Origin: Phycisphaerales bacterium
Lineage (GTDB): Bacteria > Planctomycetota > Phycisphaerae > WQYP01
Length of the DNA stretch: 64,000 nt
Assembly (NCBI GenBank): GCA_027451365.1
Contig: DAIDJN010000054.1
Location: 36,333-100,332 of the forward strand
Reading direction: 5' to 3'
Positions 51,707-61,693 of the stretch are shown piece after piece (position 1 is the stretch's first letter; the number at the start of each line of letters is the position of its first letter). Below the pieces are notes generated by a model, which was given only the letters and a program-made list of their open reading frames with translations, searched no databases and had not been told where the DNA came from. Both the position numbers and the translations under genes were made by a program.

Positions 51707-52123
51707 TCAGCGGCAATCCTTCGTTGAGCATCTGTGAGCGGGGCCGATCATCGGTTCACCGAATTCGCGCAGCCAAAGAGCTTTGGTCTGTTCCCAGCCA
51801 TCTTGGTTAGCCTTTCGGTCTTCATCGCCCTTCAAACCGAAATAGGGATCATGGTGCAAATAGCTGCCGAACAGTCGATTGCAGTCCTCGATGTACTTCC
51901 GAGTGTCCAAAATGTGGTAATGCCAAACCAGATCGACCATTGCACTCGGTACGAGAACTGCGGAAGGATTTCGCTGCCGCAGCGTCAAAAATTGTCGGTA
52001 GACGCGTTCGGCCACGTCGTAGTCGATCAACTCACCGCCGAGCATCTCGTTTTCGCTTTTCATCTTGAAGAAAATCGGGGATAGATCTACCTCGACGAGA
52101 GCGACAGCGGGTTGCAAAAGCAT
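51707..52123 (-). CDS. GRDP/DUF1399-like ('glycine-rich domain-containing') small protein with Cys-containing C-terminal tail
   Basis: YRQFL.L, VPSAMVDLVWHYHILDTRKY..DC...FG.YLHHDP motif; tail HRCSTKDCR; GGAGG RBS. Confidence 0.8.
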   Translation of the reverse strand: MLLQPAVALVEVDLSPIFFKMKSENEMLGGELIDYDVAERVYRQFLTLRQRNPSAVLVPSAMVDLVWHYHILDTRKYIEDCNRLFGSYLHHDPYFGLKGDEDRKANQDGWEQTKALWLREFGEPMIGPAHRCSTKDCR

Positions 52124-52678
52124 AGTAACCTCCAGCGTTCAACGACCATCGGGAAATCTGTCGAACCTACGAAAAATTTCCTGCCGATAATCTCATTTTC
52201 TGCATTGTATTACTACGAGAGTCGGCGGTCAAGATATCGATAATCGGCCCGAGAAGGAAAAATCCACCCAGGACCACGTCGATTGCTTGAAGTTTAATAT
52301 CCACATTTGTGCGTTTCTCGTGCGGTGCCGCGCGACTAGCTGCTTTTTCATCGAATTCCTCTGGCGCGGTGCGAGTGCTAATCTTAACCCACATTTATTT
52401 TTGCCCCAGCCTCCCCCTGCGTTCTCTGCGGCGAATAAAACTTCGCCAATAGATGAATACTTGGGGCAATAGCCTGTTAAATCAGGGGTGTGCGGTGCGT
52501 TGTGCCCTTGCGGATTAGCCTATTGAGTCCTTTCGCGGCTTGCCGGTTGGCGCAGTGCGGTGAAGGGAAGGAAAATCCTTGGGATCGTCGGCTGCCGGAG
52601 GAAGGCCCGCCACGGCTCGGGGCCGGTCGAAATCTGTTGATGCTGGTTAAATCCCTTGAAAAAGGCGACCGGTGACCT

Positions 52679-52707
52679 TCCCCGGATATTCAGTCCCCGG
52701 ATATTCA
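52679..52707. repeat. Tandem direct repeat TCCCCGGATATTCA x2 (1-bp spacer)
   Basis: Copies at 52679-52692 and 52694-52707. Confidence 0.8.
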
Positions 52708-52767
52708 AGCGTGTATTGTCTTGGACCCGCTGGAAAATATCGGATTCCAGTTGCGGTTGATTCTGGT

Positions 52768-53163
52768 TCACGGATTGACCACGGCTGCGGCAATCTGCTC
52801 AATAACAGTGATGTTCCTTACGAGTTCCGGCATCAAGCCATAGCGGTCCCGAAGATACTCCGTGCTGTTGTAGCTCACCCGTGTGCTCCCATACTCATCT
52901 TCCGCGACAAGTATTTTTAATGGAAGATCGATTGCACAGTCAGGAGAAGCGATCATCAGCGGCGTGCCCGCCTTCGGGTTGCCGAAGATGACCAGTTTGG
53001 TATCGCGCATATGGATGCCAACTTTGGCTGCTTCGCCGCTATGGTCAACGACGGCAATCACGGTTACGGCCTTCGCCCGCAGGATCGATAGCAGACGCTC
53101 CAGCACCTCGCTGACGCTGCGCGTGCTGCTTAAATGCACGATTCCATTACTCCCTGTCGACAT
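52768..53163 (-). CDS. DUF302 domain protein
   Basis: VDHSGEA, LVIFGNPKAGTPLM and DLPLKILV motifs. Confidence 0.9.
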   Translation of the reverse strand: MSTGSNGIVHLSSTRSVSEVLERLLSILRAKAVTVIAVVDHSGEAAKVGIHMRDTKLVIFGNPKAGTPLMIASPDCAIDLPLKILVAEDEYGSTRVSYNSTEYLRDRYGLMPELVRNITVIEQIAAAVVNP

Positions 53164-53385
53164 GTTCTTTTCCTCTATTGATTCAATGATCGCTGGACGA
53201 GCAATTCAGCCATATGGTCGGGCTGCGCAGCTTCGCGAAGAACGACACAGTATTGCGGCGGTAACCCTGCTGGATACATTCGTCTCAACATAGACGTTTA
53301 CCACGTGATAATCCTATCACAATCCGCCGGGAGGCGGAAGCGCAGAGGCAATGGAATGTAACCATTTGACCATTATTCATAGGCA

Positions 53386-53844
53386 TTGAGCTATATACAA
53401 CCACATATTATATGCATAAGCGTCGGCGGCTGGTTCGGCGAGTTTGCGGCAGAATCCGATGGCCAGTGGCACCCGAATCGGCGGATCGGTCAATTGAATC
53501 TGCCCGAGCGTTTCCCGGCAACGTCTTTGGATATGGATCCAGCATGTCTGACGATTGCAGGCGTTACAGCCGTCGGTTACCAGAGCGCTGTCAAATTCAT
53601 GGCCCAAGAGATGCGCCGCGCGATCGTCCGTCATCGCGTAGTGGCACTGCGCGGGATACTGATGATCGTGAAACGCCATCCTCATCCGGATGGTGGACTT
53701 TCATTCCAAATTTGGCCATTCGTGCTTTTAAGAGACAATCAAAACCCGGCAGCACCACTATGCGTCGGCTCATGGCTTGAAAATCTCATATACCAGAACA
53801 CCCTGACGCTTGATTCCACTCCCCACAACATTGATTTCGCATGA
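53386..53844 (+). CDS. Hypothetical protein
   Basis: Longest ORF in the gap; no recognisable motif. Confidence 0.3.
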   Translation: MSYIQPHIICISVGGWFGEFAAESDGQWHPNRRIGQLNLPERFPATSLDMDPACLTIAGVTAVGYQSAVKFMAQEMRRAIVRHRVVALRGILMIVKRHPHPDGGLSFQIWPFVLLRDNQNPAAPLCVGSWLENLIYQNTLTLDSTPHNIDFA

Positions 53845-54182
53845 CCGTTGGATAACCGCCGGGCCAACCGTTAATAAAATCATGCGGATACTCACAATTC
53901 GCCGGGGCGCTCCAGAGTTCGGTCACAACAGTTATGGGAGGGTCGGCAAAGAATCTTGATGTTTCCAGGCATATCTTTCGCGAGGTAATCTTCCTGAAAT
54001 GTTGCTGTGGCAAAGCACAGGTGACAATTTCGATGAATACTGGAAAACTTCCGCAATCCCACGGCTTATATCGGCCGGGATATGGTAACGATTGAACACC
54101 CTGCGGCGCGGGCGGACAAAATCGGCTGGTACCCTCCGCCGGCGATCGGGCAGTGGTTCTGATTGTGTTGTAACGCCAGCGA

Positions 54183-57140
54183 TTACTTGGCATCCAGCCA
54201 GTTGTCGGCCCAGCCCATTTCCACTTTAATCGGAACGGACAGGGTAATTGCCGTTTCCATCTGGTGCGCGACGGTTGCGGCATATTGTTCAACAAGGTTG
54301 CGGCGGCATTCAAAGACCAGTTCATCGTGCACCTGCATAATCAGGCGAATGTCATCGCGCTTGCCGCTCAGTGCACGATCAATATTGACCATAGCTTGTT
54401 TAATAAGATCGGCCGCGGAGCCTTGAACAACAGTATTCACCGCGGCGCGCTGGCCAAACTGCCGCACGGATTGATTGGTGGAATGAATTTCCGGAATATT
54501 CCTCTGGCGGCCCAGAATGGTTTTGACAAATCCGTGCAGCATGGCGTCTTGAACGCACTGCTGTGAAAACGCGTCGATTCTGGGAAAGCGGGCCTTGTAG
54601 GCATTAATAAACACCTCGGCTTCGTGCCGGGGAATTTTTAATACCTGGGCCAGACCAAATGCGGTTTGCCCGTAAATAATGCCAAAATTCACAGTTTTGG
54701 CCAGACGCCGCATGTCGGATGTGACATCTTGAGGATTGACGTGGTAAATCTGCGTGGCCACGAACTGGTGAATGTCCTGGTCGGCGGCGAATGCCGCAAG
54801 CAGGGCCGGCTCCTGACAGAAATGGGCAAATACGCGAAGTTCAATCTGGGAATAATCGGCCGCCAGCAAAACCCAGTCCGCATTTTGCGCCACAAACGCC
54901 CGGCGGATTTCCCGGCCCATGGCGGTGCGTATCGGAATATTCTGCAGGTTCGGGTCGCTGCTGGAAAGCCGCCCGGTTTCCGCCACCGTCTGGTTAAAAC
55001 TGGTATGCACACGTCCTGTGCGCGGCGACACCTGATGTGCAAGTGCATCTATATAAGTGCTTTTTAACTTTCCCATCTGCCGGTATTCCAGAATCAGCGC
55101 TGGTACCGGATGTTTGTCCGCCAAAGCTTCCAGAACATCCACATCCGTACTGGGACCGGTTTTTGTTTTCTTAATGACCGGCAAACCCAGCTTCGTGAAA
55201 AGAATCACCGCCAGTTGCCTGGGGGAATCCGGATTGAACGTTTCGCCGGCAGCGGAAAGAATCTGCCCATGAAGGGCCACCAGCCGGGCTTCCACTTCTT
55301 TGGCAAGGGCGCCCAGCAGGCCGGTATCCACTTTAACACCAAAAAATTCCATATCCGCCAGAATCGCCATGATCGGCATTTCAAGTTCAAAATAAAGCTT
55401 GTCGAATTTCTGTTCGCTTATCCGCGGAAGCAGGTATCTGGCCAGGCGAAAAGTGACGTCGGCATCTTCCGCTGAATAGCTGGCGGCCATAGGAAGAGGC
55501 ACCTGCGAAAAACTGAGCTGATTGGCGCCTTTTCCGATTAAATCAGATATGGGAATGGGGCGCAAGCCCAGGAAATCCGCGGCCATGGCATCCATGGAAT
55601 GGCTTCGCCGCGCCGCATCCAGCACATAACCGGCCACCATCGTATCCAACAGGGGACCAGCCAATTCAATGCCGCAGTTGCGCAGAACGTTCAGATCATA
55701 TTTGAGATTCTGACCTACTTTAATAATGCTTTGGTCAGCCAGAATCGGCCCAAGTGCCGTTCGCACCTGGGCGATGGTCAGGCAATCACCAAGCCCTGCA
55801 ACGGGCAGATACCAGGCAAGCCCCTCCCGGGCGCAAAGGGAAATGCCGCAGAGATTCGATCGCATCGCTCCCAGGGCGTCGGTTTCCGTATCCACGGCCA
55901 GCCAGCGGTCCGGTGAATCAGCCAGAATTCTCTGCAAATCGTTCACCATTTCCGTCAGAAGTTGCGGCGTGTTGATCAGCCGATAGTCGCCCTGCACAGG
56001 CAGCAGGTCAGCCGCGGGCCCGGAGGGCGCGGCTGCCGGCGCTGCCATCGGCGCGGGTGCCGTTGAAACCGCGGAAATATCCGCCTTTAACGGCAAACCT
56101 CGCGCTTCGGCCGGTGGCGACAGGCTGTCTTCGGTGGGCTGATTGAATAAATTAAATCCGCCATCCGACGGGGCCTTATCGCCCGCTATGTGCCCGGGTG
56201 CGGCGGACGCAGGGGCTGCCGTGACCGCGGAAAGCGGCGCAAGAGAACGGTCCAAAGCCTGGGCAACCTGCGGCAGCAGGGGCTGCAGACGGTTGAAATC
56301 CAGTTCTTGAAACACCGGTGCAAGGCACTGGAGCCGGCGGGCCTGCGGCCGCATTTTTTCCAGCGGCACATCCAGGGGCAGGTCATCAAGCAGGCGAACC
56401 AGTTGACGGGACTTTGCCAGCACCGGCAGGTTGTCGCGCAGGGCTTGGCCCACCTTGCCGGGAATGTCAGCCGCGTGCGCCAGCAGGTTATCCAGATTGC
56501 CATACTGGCTGATCCATTTGGCGGCGGTTTTCGGTCCCACACCGGGGATGCCGGGAATATTGTCCGCGGTGTCACCGGTCAGGGCCAGCACATCGCAGGC
56601 CTGCCGCGGAGAATAGCCCTTTTTCTGCAACAGGGCGGCGGCATCCACGGTTTCAGCGGTCTGAATGTCATACAGGAACACATGGTCGCAAATAAGCTGA
56701 TCCAGGTCTTTATCACGTGAACAAATGTATATATTTATTTTTGAATTGCCGGTTCCGGCCGCATCGGCGGTGAGCCTCCGGACCAGCGTGGCAATCACGT
56801 CATCCGCTTCGCAGCCATCTATGCGCAGAATGGGAATTTCCAGAATCGACACGATCTGGCAGATGCGCTCAATCTGTCGGGGCATGTCTTCGGGCATCGG
56901 CTTGCGCTGGGCTTTGTACTGGGAATCAATCTGATCGCGATTGGAACTCCCCGCGTCCATAGCCAGAGCAATATAATCCGGCCGGCGGTTTTGCAGCAGT
57001 TTGAACAGGGCGGAAACGAATCCAAAAGTCGCGTTGGTCGGTTCACCCGTGCGGCTGGTCAGTCCGCTCATGGCGTGATACGCACGGTAAATCTGGGCAT
57101 GTCCGTCGATTACATATAGATTCTGGACCATGGCGGACAT
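54183..57140 (-). CDS. polA: DNA polymerase I
   Basis: 5'-3' exonuclease (IDGH, EADD, GDTADNIPG), 3'-5' exonuclease (VDTET, NLKYD) and polymerase motifs (TGRLSSSDPNLQNIP, DYSQIELR, QVHDELVFE). Confidence 0.99.
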   Translation of the reverse strand: MSAMVQNLYVIDGHAQIYRAYHAMSGLTSRTGEPTNATFGFVSALFKLLQNRRPDYIALAMDAGSSNRDQIDSQYKAQRKPMPEDMPRQIERICQIVSILEIPILRIDGCEADDVIATLVRRLTADAAGTGNSKINIYICSRDKDLDQLICDHVFLYDIQTAETVDAAALLQKKGYSPRQACDVLALTGDTADNIPGIPGVGPKTAAKWISQYGNLDNLLAHAADIPGKVGQALRDNLPVLAKSRQLVRLLDDLPLDVPLEKMRPQARRLQCLAPVFQELDFNRLQPLLPQVAQALDRSLAPLSAVTAAPASAAPGHIAGDKAPSDGGFNLFNQPTEDSLSPPAEARGLPLKADISAVSTAPAPMAAPAAAPSGPAADLLPVQGDYRLINTPQLLTEMVNDLQRILADSPDRWLAVDTETDALGAMRSNLCGISLCAREGLAWYLPVAGLGDCLTIAQVRTALGPILADQSIIKVGQNLKYDLNVLRNCGIELAGPLLDTMVAGYVLDAARRSHSMDAMAADFLGLRPIPISDLIGKGANQLSFSQVPLPMAASYSAEDADVTFRLARYLLPRISEQKFDKLYFELEMPIMAILADMEFFGVKVDTGLLGALAKEVEARLVALHGQILSAAGETFNPDSPRQLAVILFTKLGLPVIKKTKTGPSTDVDVLEALADKHPVPALILEYRQMGKLKSTYIDALAHQVSPRTGRVHTSFNQTVAETGRLSSSDPNLQNIPIRTAMGREIRRAFVAQNADWVLLAADYSQIELRVFAHFCQEPALLAAFAADQDIHQFVATQIYHVNPQDVTSDMRRLAKTVNFGIIYGQTAFGLAQVLKIPRHEAEVFINAYKARFPRIDAFSQQCVQDAMLHGFVKTILGRQRNIPEIHSTNQSVRQFGQRAAVNTVVQGSAADLIKQAMVNIDRALSGKRDDIRLIMQVHDELVFECRRNLVEQYAATVAHQMETAITLSVPIKVEMGWADNWLDAK

Positions 57141-57283
57141 TGTACCGCAAGGCCGGATTTTGCGCCCCCTTAAATGGCGGAAATAGCGGGGCCGCCGCTC
57201 TGAACTTCCGGCGCTGTACGTAAAATCGCCGTGCCGCGGACGCTCCGACGCATTTTCAGCCAGGACACCCGCTCCCCGGATGT

Positions 57284-58018
57284 TTAACCGATCGTGGCTC
57301 GATCAGTGGTATATCGCCGCTCCAGAAACGCAAAAGCAATGCGCGCCACACCAAGCAGGCAGAGTACCAATCCTACTCCCAGCAACGCCAATCCGGCGTT
57401 TTGCCGCACCATCACATCGTGCATATGTCGGATATAGTACGGCGGACCGAACGGGCGGCCACGATCAGGCCGCATCCCGGGTCGGTTTGGCCACGGCGGA
57501 TTTCCGGGCCGCGGGCCGAGGCGCATGTCGCGCGGCCAACCGTCCGCACCATTGCGCGGCCCGTTCCACCGCGGGCCGACTATCGAAGGCGGATTGCCGG
57601 CTGCTGGCGGCACACGCTGTGCGGAAGGGTTGCTCAGGACCGATTCGGGCCGGGTTGTCGGAACTTGCAGATTGCCTGTGCGGGAAGTCGGCGCGTCCGC
57701 AGGTGCCGCATGGCCTGTCGCCGGACCGGCCATCTGATGGCCGGGCGCGGCGGGAATTGTGCCCGCCATCCGCAAGGTTAAACCGCCCACGATGAGCGGT
57801 GCCAGCCCCGCCACCAGCACCAATACCCCCTGCCGCAATGACAGCAGCCAGATCGGCAGCCCCAGTGGAAGGCTGTTCATGCCTTTTTCAATCGCCATTT
57901 TCAGGAGCGAAAATCGCTGGCGATCATTTTGCCATTTGACCCATAATGCAGGCAATACCACCACCACCACACACACAATTAACACAATCGGCCATATTCC
58001 GGGGTGTGGTTGGGGCAT
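57284..58018 (-). CDS. Membrane protein (DUF6249-like) with Pro-rich loop, divergent from the ECF sigma gene
   Basis: N-terminal TM, KMAIEKG motif, two further TMs. Confidence 0.6.
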   Translation of the reverse strand: MPQPHPGIWPIVLIVCVVVVVLPALWVKWQNDRQRFSLLKMAIEKGMNSLPLGLPIWLLSLRQGVLVLVAGLAPLIVGGLTLRMAGTIPAAPGHQMAGPATGHAAPADAPTSRTGNLQVPTTRPESVLSNPSAQRVPPAAGNPPSIVGPRWNGPRNGADGWPRDMRLGPRPGNPPWPNRPGMRPDRGRPFGPPYYIRHMHDVMVRQNAGLALLGVGLVLCLLGVARIAFAFLERRYTTDRATIG

Positions 58019-58253
58019 GGAGAAATCTCCTTATAATACAACAGGCCAGATTGCGGCCAAGCCAACATAAGGGCCGGCCGGATACTGCACCGCGCATACC
58101 GACGGTATGTTTGCCGCCGCATACGGCTGCTGCTGTTTAGTGGCAGGCGGCGGCGGAACGGTTTTGGAATGCGGTTCTGCGACAAATTAAAACCGGTCGC
58201 CATTGGCGCGGCACTAAACCATTGCGTGGCAATGGAGGTCGCTTAAGCAGGCG

Positions 58254-58820
58254 GTGCTGGAGCAAGCCTTGGAACAGATTCCGAATGGCACAACCCCACC
58301 ACCGGAAATGCCCCCCGATTTTGCCAGCCTGCTGCGCCAATATGAACGCCGGGTCACGGGGCTTTGCCAGGCCATGGGGCTTGCCGGAGCGGATATTGAT
58401 GAAGCCGCCGCCGACGTATTCAGCCAGGTCTATGAATCTTTTGGAAGTTTTGACCACCGGTCGGCCATCGGAACGTGGATTTACACCATCGCATTCAGAA
58501 CCATATTGCGCTATCGCCAGAAACTGCGGCGGCGACCGACACAATCACTGGACCGTGAACTGAAGGTCATACCCGCGGATTCAGCCTTGGCCCATCCGCA
58601 GGAACTTGAACGGCGCGAACAGAATGAAATAATCTGGCATGCCGTTGCGCGACTGCCCCCGGAACAGGCACTGGCCGTACAAATGCACTATCGCGACGGA
58701 TTGTCGATGAATGATCTGGCGATCATTATGGGCCGGCCGATCGGCACGGTGAAAACTATTTTGTTGCGGGCCCGCCACCGGCTGTCGGAAATGTTGATTG
58801 CAAAAGGAATAGAGCCATGA
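58254..58820 (+). CDS. ECF RNA polymerase sigma factor
   Basis: Region 2 (DVFSQVY...TWIYTIA) and region 4 (LPPEQ...GLSMNDLA...PIGTVKTILLRAR). Confidence 0.92.
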   Translation: MLEQALEQIPNGTTPPPEMPPDFASLLRQYERRVTGLCQAMGLAGADIDEAAADVFSQVYESFGSFDHRSAIGTWIYTIAFRTILRYRQKLRRRPTQSLDRELKVIPADSALAHPQELERREQNEIIWHAVARLPPEQALAVQMHYRDGLSMNDLAIIMGRPIGTVKTILLRARHRLSEMLIAKGIEP

Positions 58821-59323
58821 AGGACCAGACCCCAATCCGAAAAAAAGATTCGGGCTTGATATCCATGGATTATAACTGGGTTGAAAAGCCGCTCCGACAG
58901 GCGCTGGCGGACCGCCCGGCGCATCAGCCTGCGGTCAGCATTGCAACTTTGGCCATGGCGCAATGGCGCAACCGCCACCTGCGGATGCAGGCCAACGCCC
59001 TGAAACTGGTGCGCCTGCGCATATTGCTGGGGGGTGTGACCTTTCTGGCCGCCGGCATGATTGCCGCGATTGTCTGGCGGGCGGTGGCATCCATTGAAAG
59101 CGTGCTGCAATCGGCGTCTGTCAGCACGACCTCCGGGACAACTGCATCGACCACCCTTACCGCGGTACAACAGGGTTCCGGCACAACCAGCACCCTGACG
59201 CTTTTAGCCGCATGGACACCGACGGTGGCCGCCCTGCTGATGCTGGCCGGTCTGCTGCTGGTATTGCACCGGCTATTTTCGCCAGATTCATTTAACCCGG
59301 CGCGGCCCGCGGCCTGGTTTTAA
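58817..59323 (+). CDS. Putative membrane anti-sigma factor
   Basis: ATGA overlap with the sigma stop codon; two TM helices. Confidence 0.65.
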   Translation: MKDQTPIRKKDSGLISMDYNWVEKPLRQALADRPAHQPAVSIATLAMAQWRNRHLRMQANALKLVRLRILLGGVTFLAAGMIAAIVWRAVASIESVLQSASVSTTSGTTASTTLTAVQQGSGTTSTLTLLAAWTPTVAALLMLAGLLLVLHRLFSPDSFNPARPAAWF

Positions 59324-59375
59324 GAGAATCAAGCTGCATTGACCTTGGCGTGCAGGCACGGCATGATGATAGACC

Positions 59376-59981
59376 ATGGCTGATCCATCGAAAGACCCAG
59401 ATTATGATTCCTGCGCCGGGGCGGTCCGGACCGATCCGGCGCTGCGAAATATCTCGCCCGTGAGTTTTTCATGGAAGGTTCGGCGGCTGATCTGGAGCAT
59501 GGTTCAGGGAACGGTTTACCGATATTCATTTCACACGCAGTCCGCGTGGCGGGCCTTTCTGCTGCGATGTTTCGGTGCCAAAATCGGACGCCAATGTACC
59601 GTGCGGCGCACCAGCCGCGTGTATTATCCATGGCTGCTGGAACTTGGTGATCTGGCCTGTCTCGGAGATGACTGCACCGTCTATAATCTGGGAAAAATCA
59701 CCATTGGCACCCGGGCGTCCATCAGTCAGGAAGCCTATCTGTGCGCCGGCACGCATGACTACCGTGATATTTCCTTACCGCTGATCACCGCGCCGGTGAC
59801 GATTGGTGCCGACGTTTGGATTTGTGCCCGTGCATTTATCGGGCCGGGACGCACCGTGGGTGAGGGTGCCGTGGTGGCGGCCTGCGCAGTGGTGGTGCGG
59901 GATGTTCCGCCGTGGACCATTGTGGGCGGCAACCCGGCCAAGCCAATCGGCCATCGCGAACTCCGCGGCCGCAACGTCTGA
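59376..59981 (+). CDS. WcaF-like hexapeptide O-acetyltransferase
   Basis: LLRCFGAKIG, YYPWLLELGD, SQEAYLCAGTHDY and GGNPAK motifs. Confidence 0.9.
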   Translation: MADPSKDPDYDSCAGAVRTDPALRNISPVSFSWKVRRLIWSMVQGTVYRYSFHTQSAWRAFLLRCFGAKIGRQCTVRRTSRVYYPWLLELGDLACLGDDCTVYNLGKITIGTRASISQEAYLCAGTHDYRDISLPLITAPVTIGADVWICARAFIGPGRTVGEGAVVAACAVVVRDVPPWTIVGGNPAKPIGHRELRGRNV

Positions 59982-60015
59982 TCGCAATTCGCGGCCACGG
60001 TCTTGGCCGACCGGA

Positions 60016-61296
60016 TCAACCACCGCCCTTGTCTGACGGGCGGGCTTTGCGGGCATCGGCCGAAATAAACAAATTGCTTAAAATTGTTTCGCTGCTGACT
60101 TCTTCGCCGCTTAAGGCCATGGCCAGGAGTTCTCCGCCCAGCACATCGGGCGCGATAATCAGGTCCGGCCCCACCCGCCGCACGCGCGTCAAATTTTTGC
60201 TGTTCTTCACCGCCGCTACGGTGCGGGCCGTACCGCCGAGTTCCTTGGCGGCCAGCACAATAAAGGCGTTTTCACTGTCATCAACCCGCAGGGCCAGAAT
60301 GGCCAGCGCATCTTTGCAACCCGCGGCGCGCAACACTTCAACATCGGATGGATCGCCCACCATCAGGTCCGCGGGATCCATCCAGGAATTTTCCGGCGGC
60401 GCGGGCATGATGACAGTCACCATCATTTTTCGATTCTTAAGTTCCCGATAGGAATTCTGGGCCAGGGCATTGTCGCCCGCGATAATGTAATGGTTCTTTC
60501 TCATACGTTTTTTTTCTCCTGCCAGCAGGCGCTGCATGCGGCCGTTGACCAGCGGCACAATCACCGCGGAAATGGATGTGGCAAAAACCGTGATGCCCAG
60601 CACAATAATCGACATGACAAACAGCCGGGCGTCATCGCTTTTGGGAACAATATCCCCGTAACCGACGGTAGACAGTGTGACAACGGAAAAATAGAGCGCC
60701 GTCGCCAGATGCTTGATAGGTGGATTGAACCCCTGGCCCAGCACATAGGAACCAAAGACGGCATAACCCATCAGAAGAATGACGCTTACCGCGCTGAACA
60801 ATGTGCCCGCCGCCACGCTGGACCGTGAAAACGCCCGATGAAATACCAGAAGACTGACCAGAAGAATCGCGTTAAAGCAGGTCAGCAGCCCCCAACTCAA
60901 ATGGCTCTGGTGGAGCAGCAGCGCCAGTGTCGCGCCCGACAGCAGCAGCGCCACCGCCCAGGCGAAACGGGATCGGAATGCCAGCCCGAAGGACATGATC
61001 AAAATCATGACGCCGGCCAGCGCCTGCGGAATTCCCGTTAGCCCATGCAGGAGTGGCAGTTGCCCGACATGCAGTACCGGCTTGATGTGCATGAGCGCCG
61101 GGATGCCGGGCAGCACGCGACCAAGACCATCAAGAAGATTCCAGAGTCCCAGCAGGCCGACCGCCAGAGCTACGGGAATTTGTGGAAACCAGCGGTCTGA
61201 TCGGAAGCGTTTGCGGGCGCTGCGGAACCATGGGGCAAGGGTGCCCCATATTGACGGGCTGGAATCCGCGTTCTGGTTGTCGAAAATTCGCGGCAT
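60016..61296 (-). CDS. kch: Voltage-gated potassium channel (Kch-like) with RCK/TrkA-N domain
   Basis: YFSVVTLSTVGYGD selectivity filter; RCK motif DDSENAFIVLAAKE. Start at 61296 is inferred. Confidence 0.88.
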   Translation of the reverse strand: MPRIFDNQNADSSPSIWGTLAPWFRSARKRFRSDRWFPQIPVALAVGLLGLWNLLDGLGRVLPGIPALMHIKPVLHVGQLPLLHGLTGIPQALAGVMILIMSFGLAFRSRFAWAVALLLSGATLALLLHQSHLSWGLLTCFNAILLVSLLVFHRAFSRSSVAAGTLFSAVSVILLMGYAVFGSYVLGQGFNPPIKHLATALYFSVVTLSTVGYGDIVPKSDDARLFVMSIIVLGITVFATSISAVIVPLVNGRMQRLLAGEKKRMRKNHYIIAGDNALAQNSYRELKNRKMMVTVIMPAPPENSWMDPADLMVGDPSDVEVLRAAGCKDALAILALRVDDSENAFIVLAAKELGGTARTVAAVKNSKNLTRVRRVGPDLIIAPDVLGGELLAMALSGEEVSSETILSNLFISADARKARPSDKGGG

Positions 61297-61693
61297 CTTG
61301 GCCTGTTCCGGAATACGCGCTTTGCTGCAAACTAATCCCGTGGCCAGGCAGCGACTGGCGAACCGCCAACAGAGCGGCAATCCATAGGTACCAGAAACCA
61401 CCAAACTTGCAACAGCGAAAACTTCACAACTCATCGCCTGAATTGGGTATTCAATAGACTCAACCGGCCTGCCGGGGTTGGTTTGACGGGGTCTGGGTAA
61501 CATCAGGATATTACGGCACAGGTGCCGTAACGCAATAGGGGGCATTTCTTATTCGCGGGAGCGATTTTAGAAATATTTTGGAAATCTTAGCATTCTGGCA
61601 ATCTTGCCCGCCTTGAACGAACCGCTTCACTTGAATACTAGGGCTCGGTGCTTCAAGTTTTTCTTCCGTATAGGCTGCGGGCAGACGGAATCG

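Larger units (their letters stand above)
45500..52350 (-). other. Putative horizontally acquired island (four-gene operon)
   Basis: Different codon style and about 19 CTAG tetramers counted by eye in ~6 kb, while CTAG is rare in the flanking host genes. No integrase seen; boundaries approximate. Confidence 0.65.
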
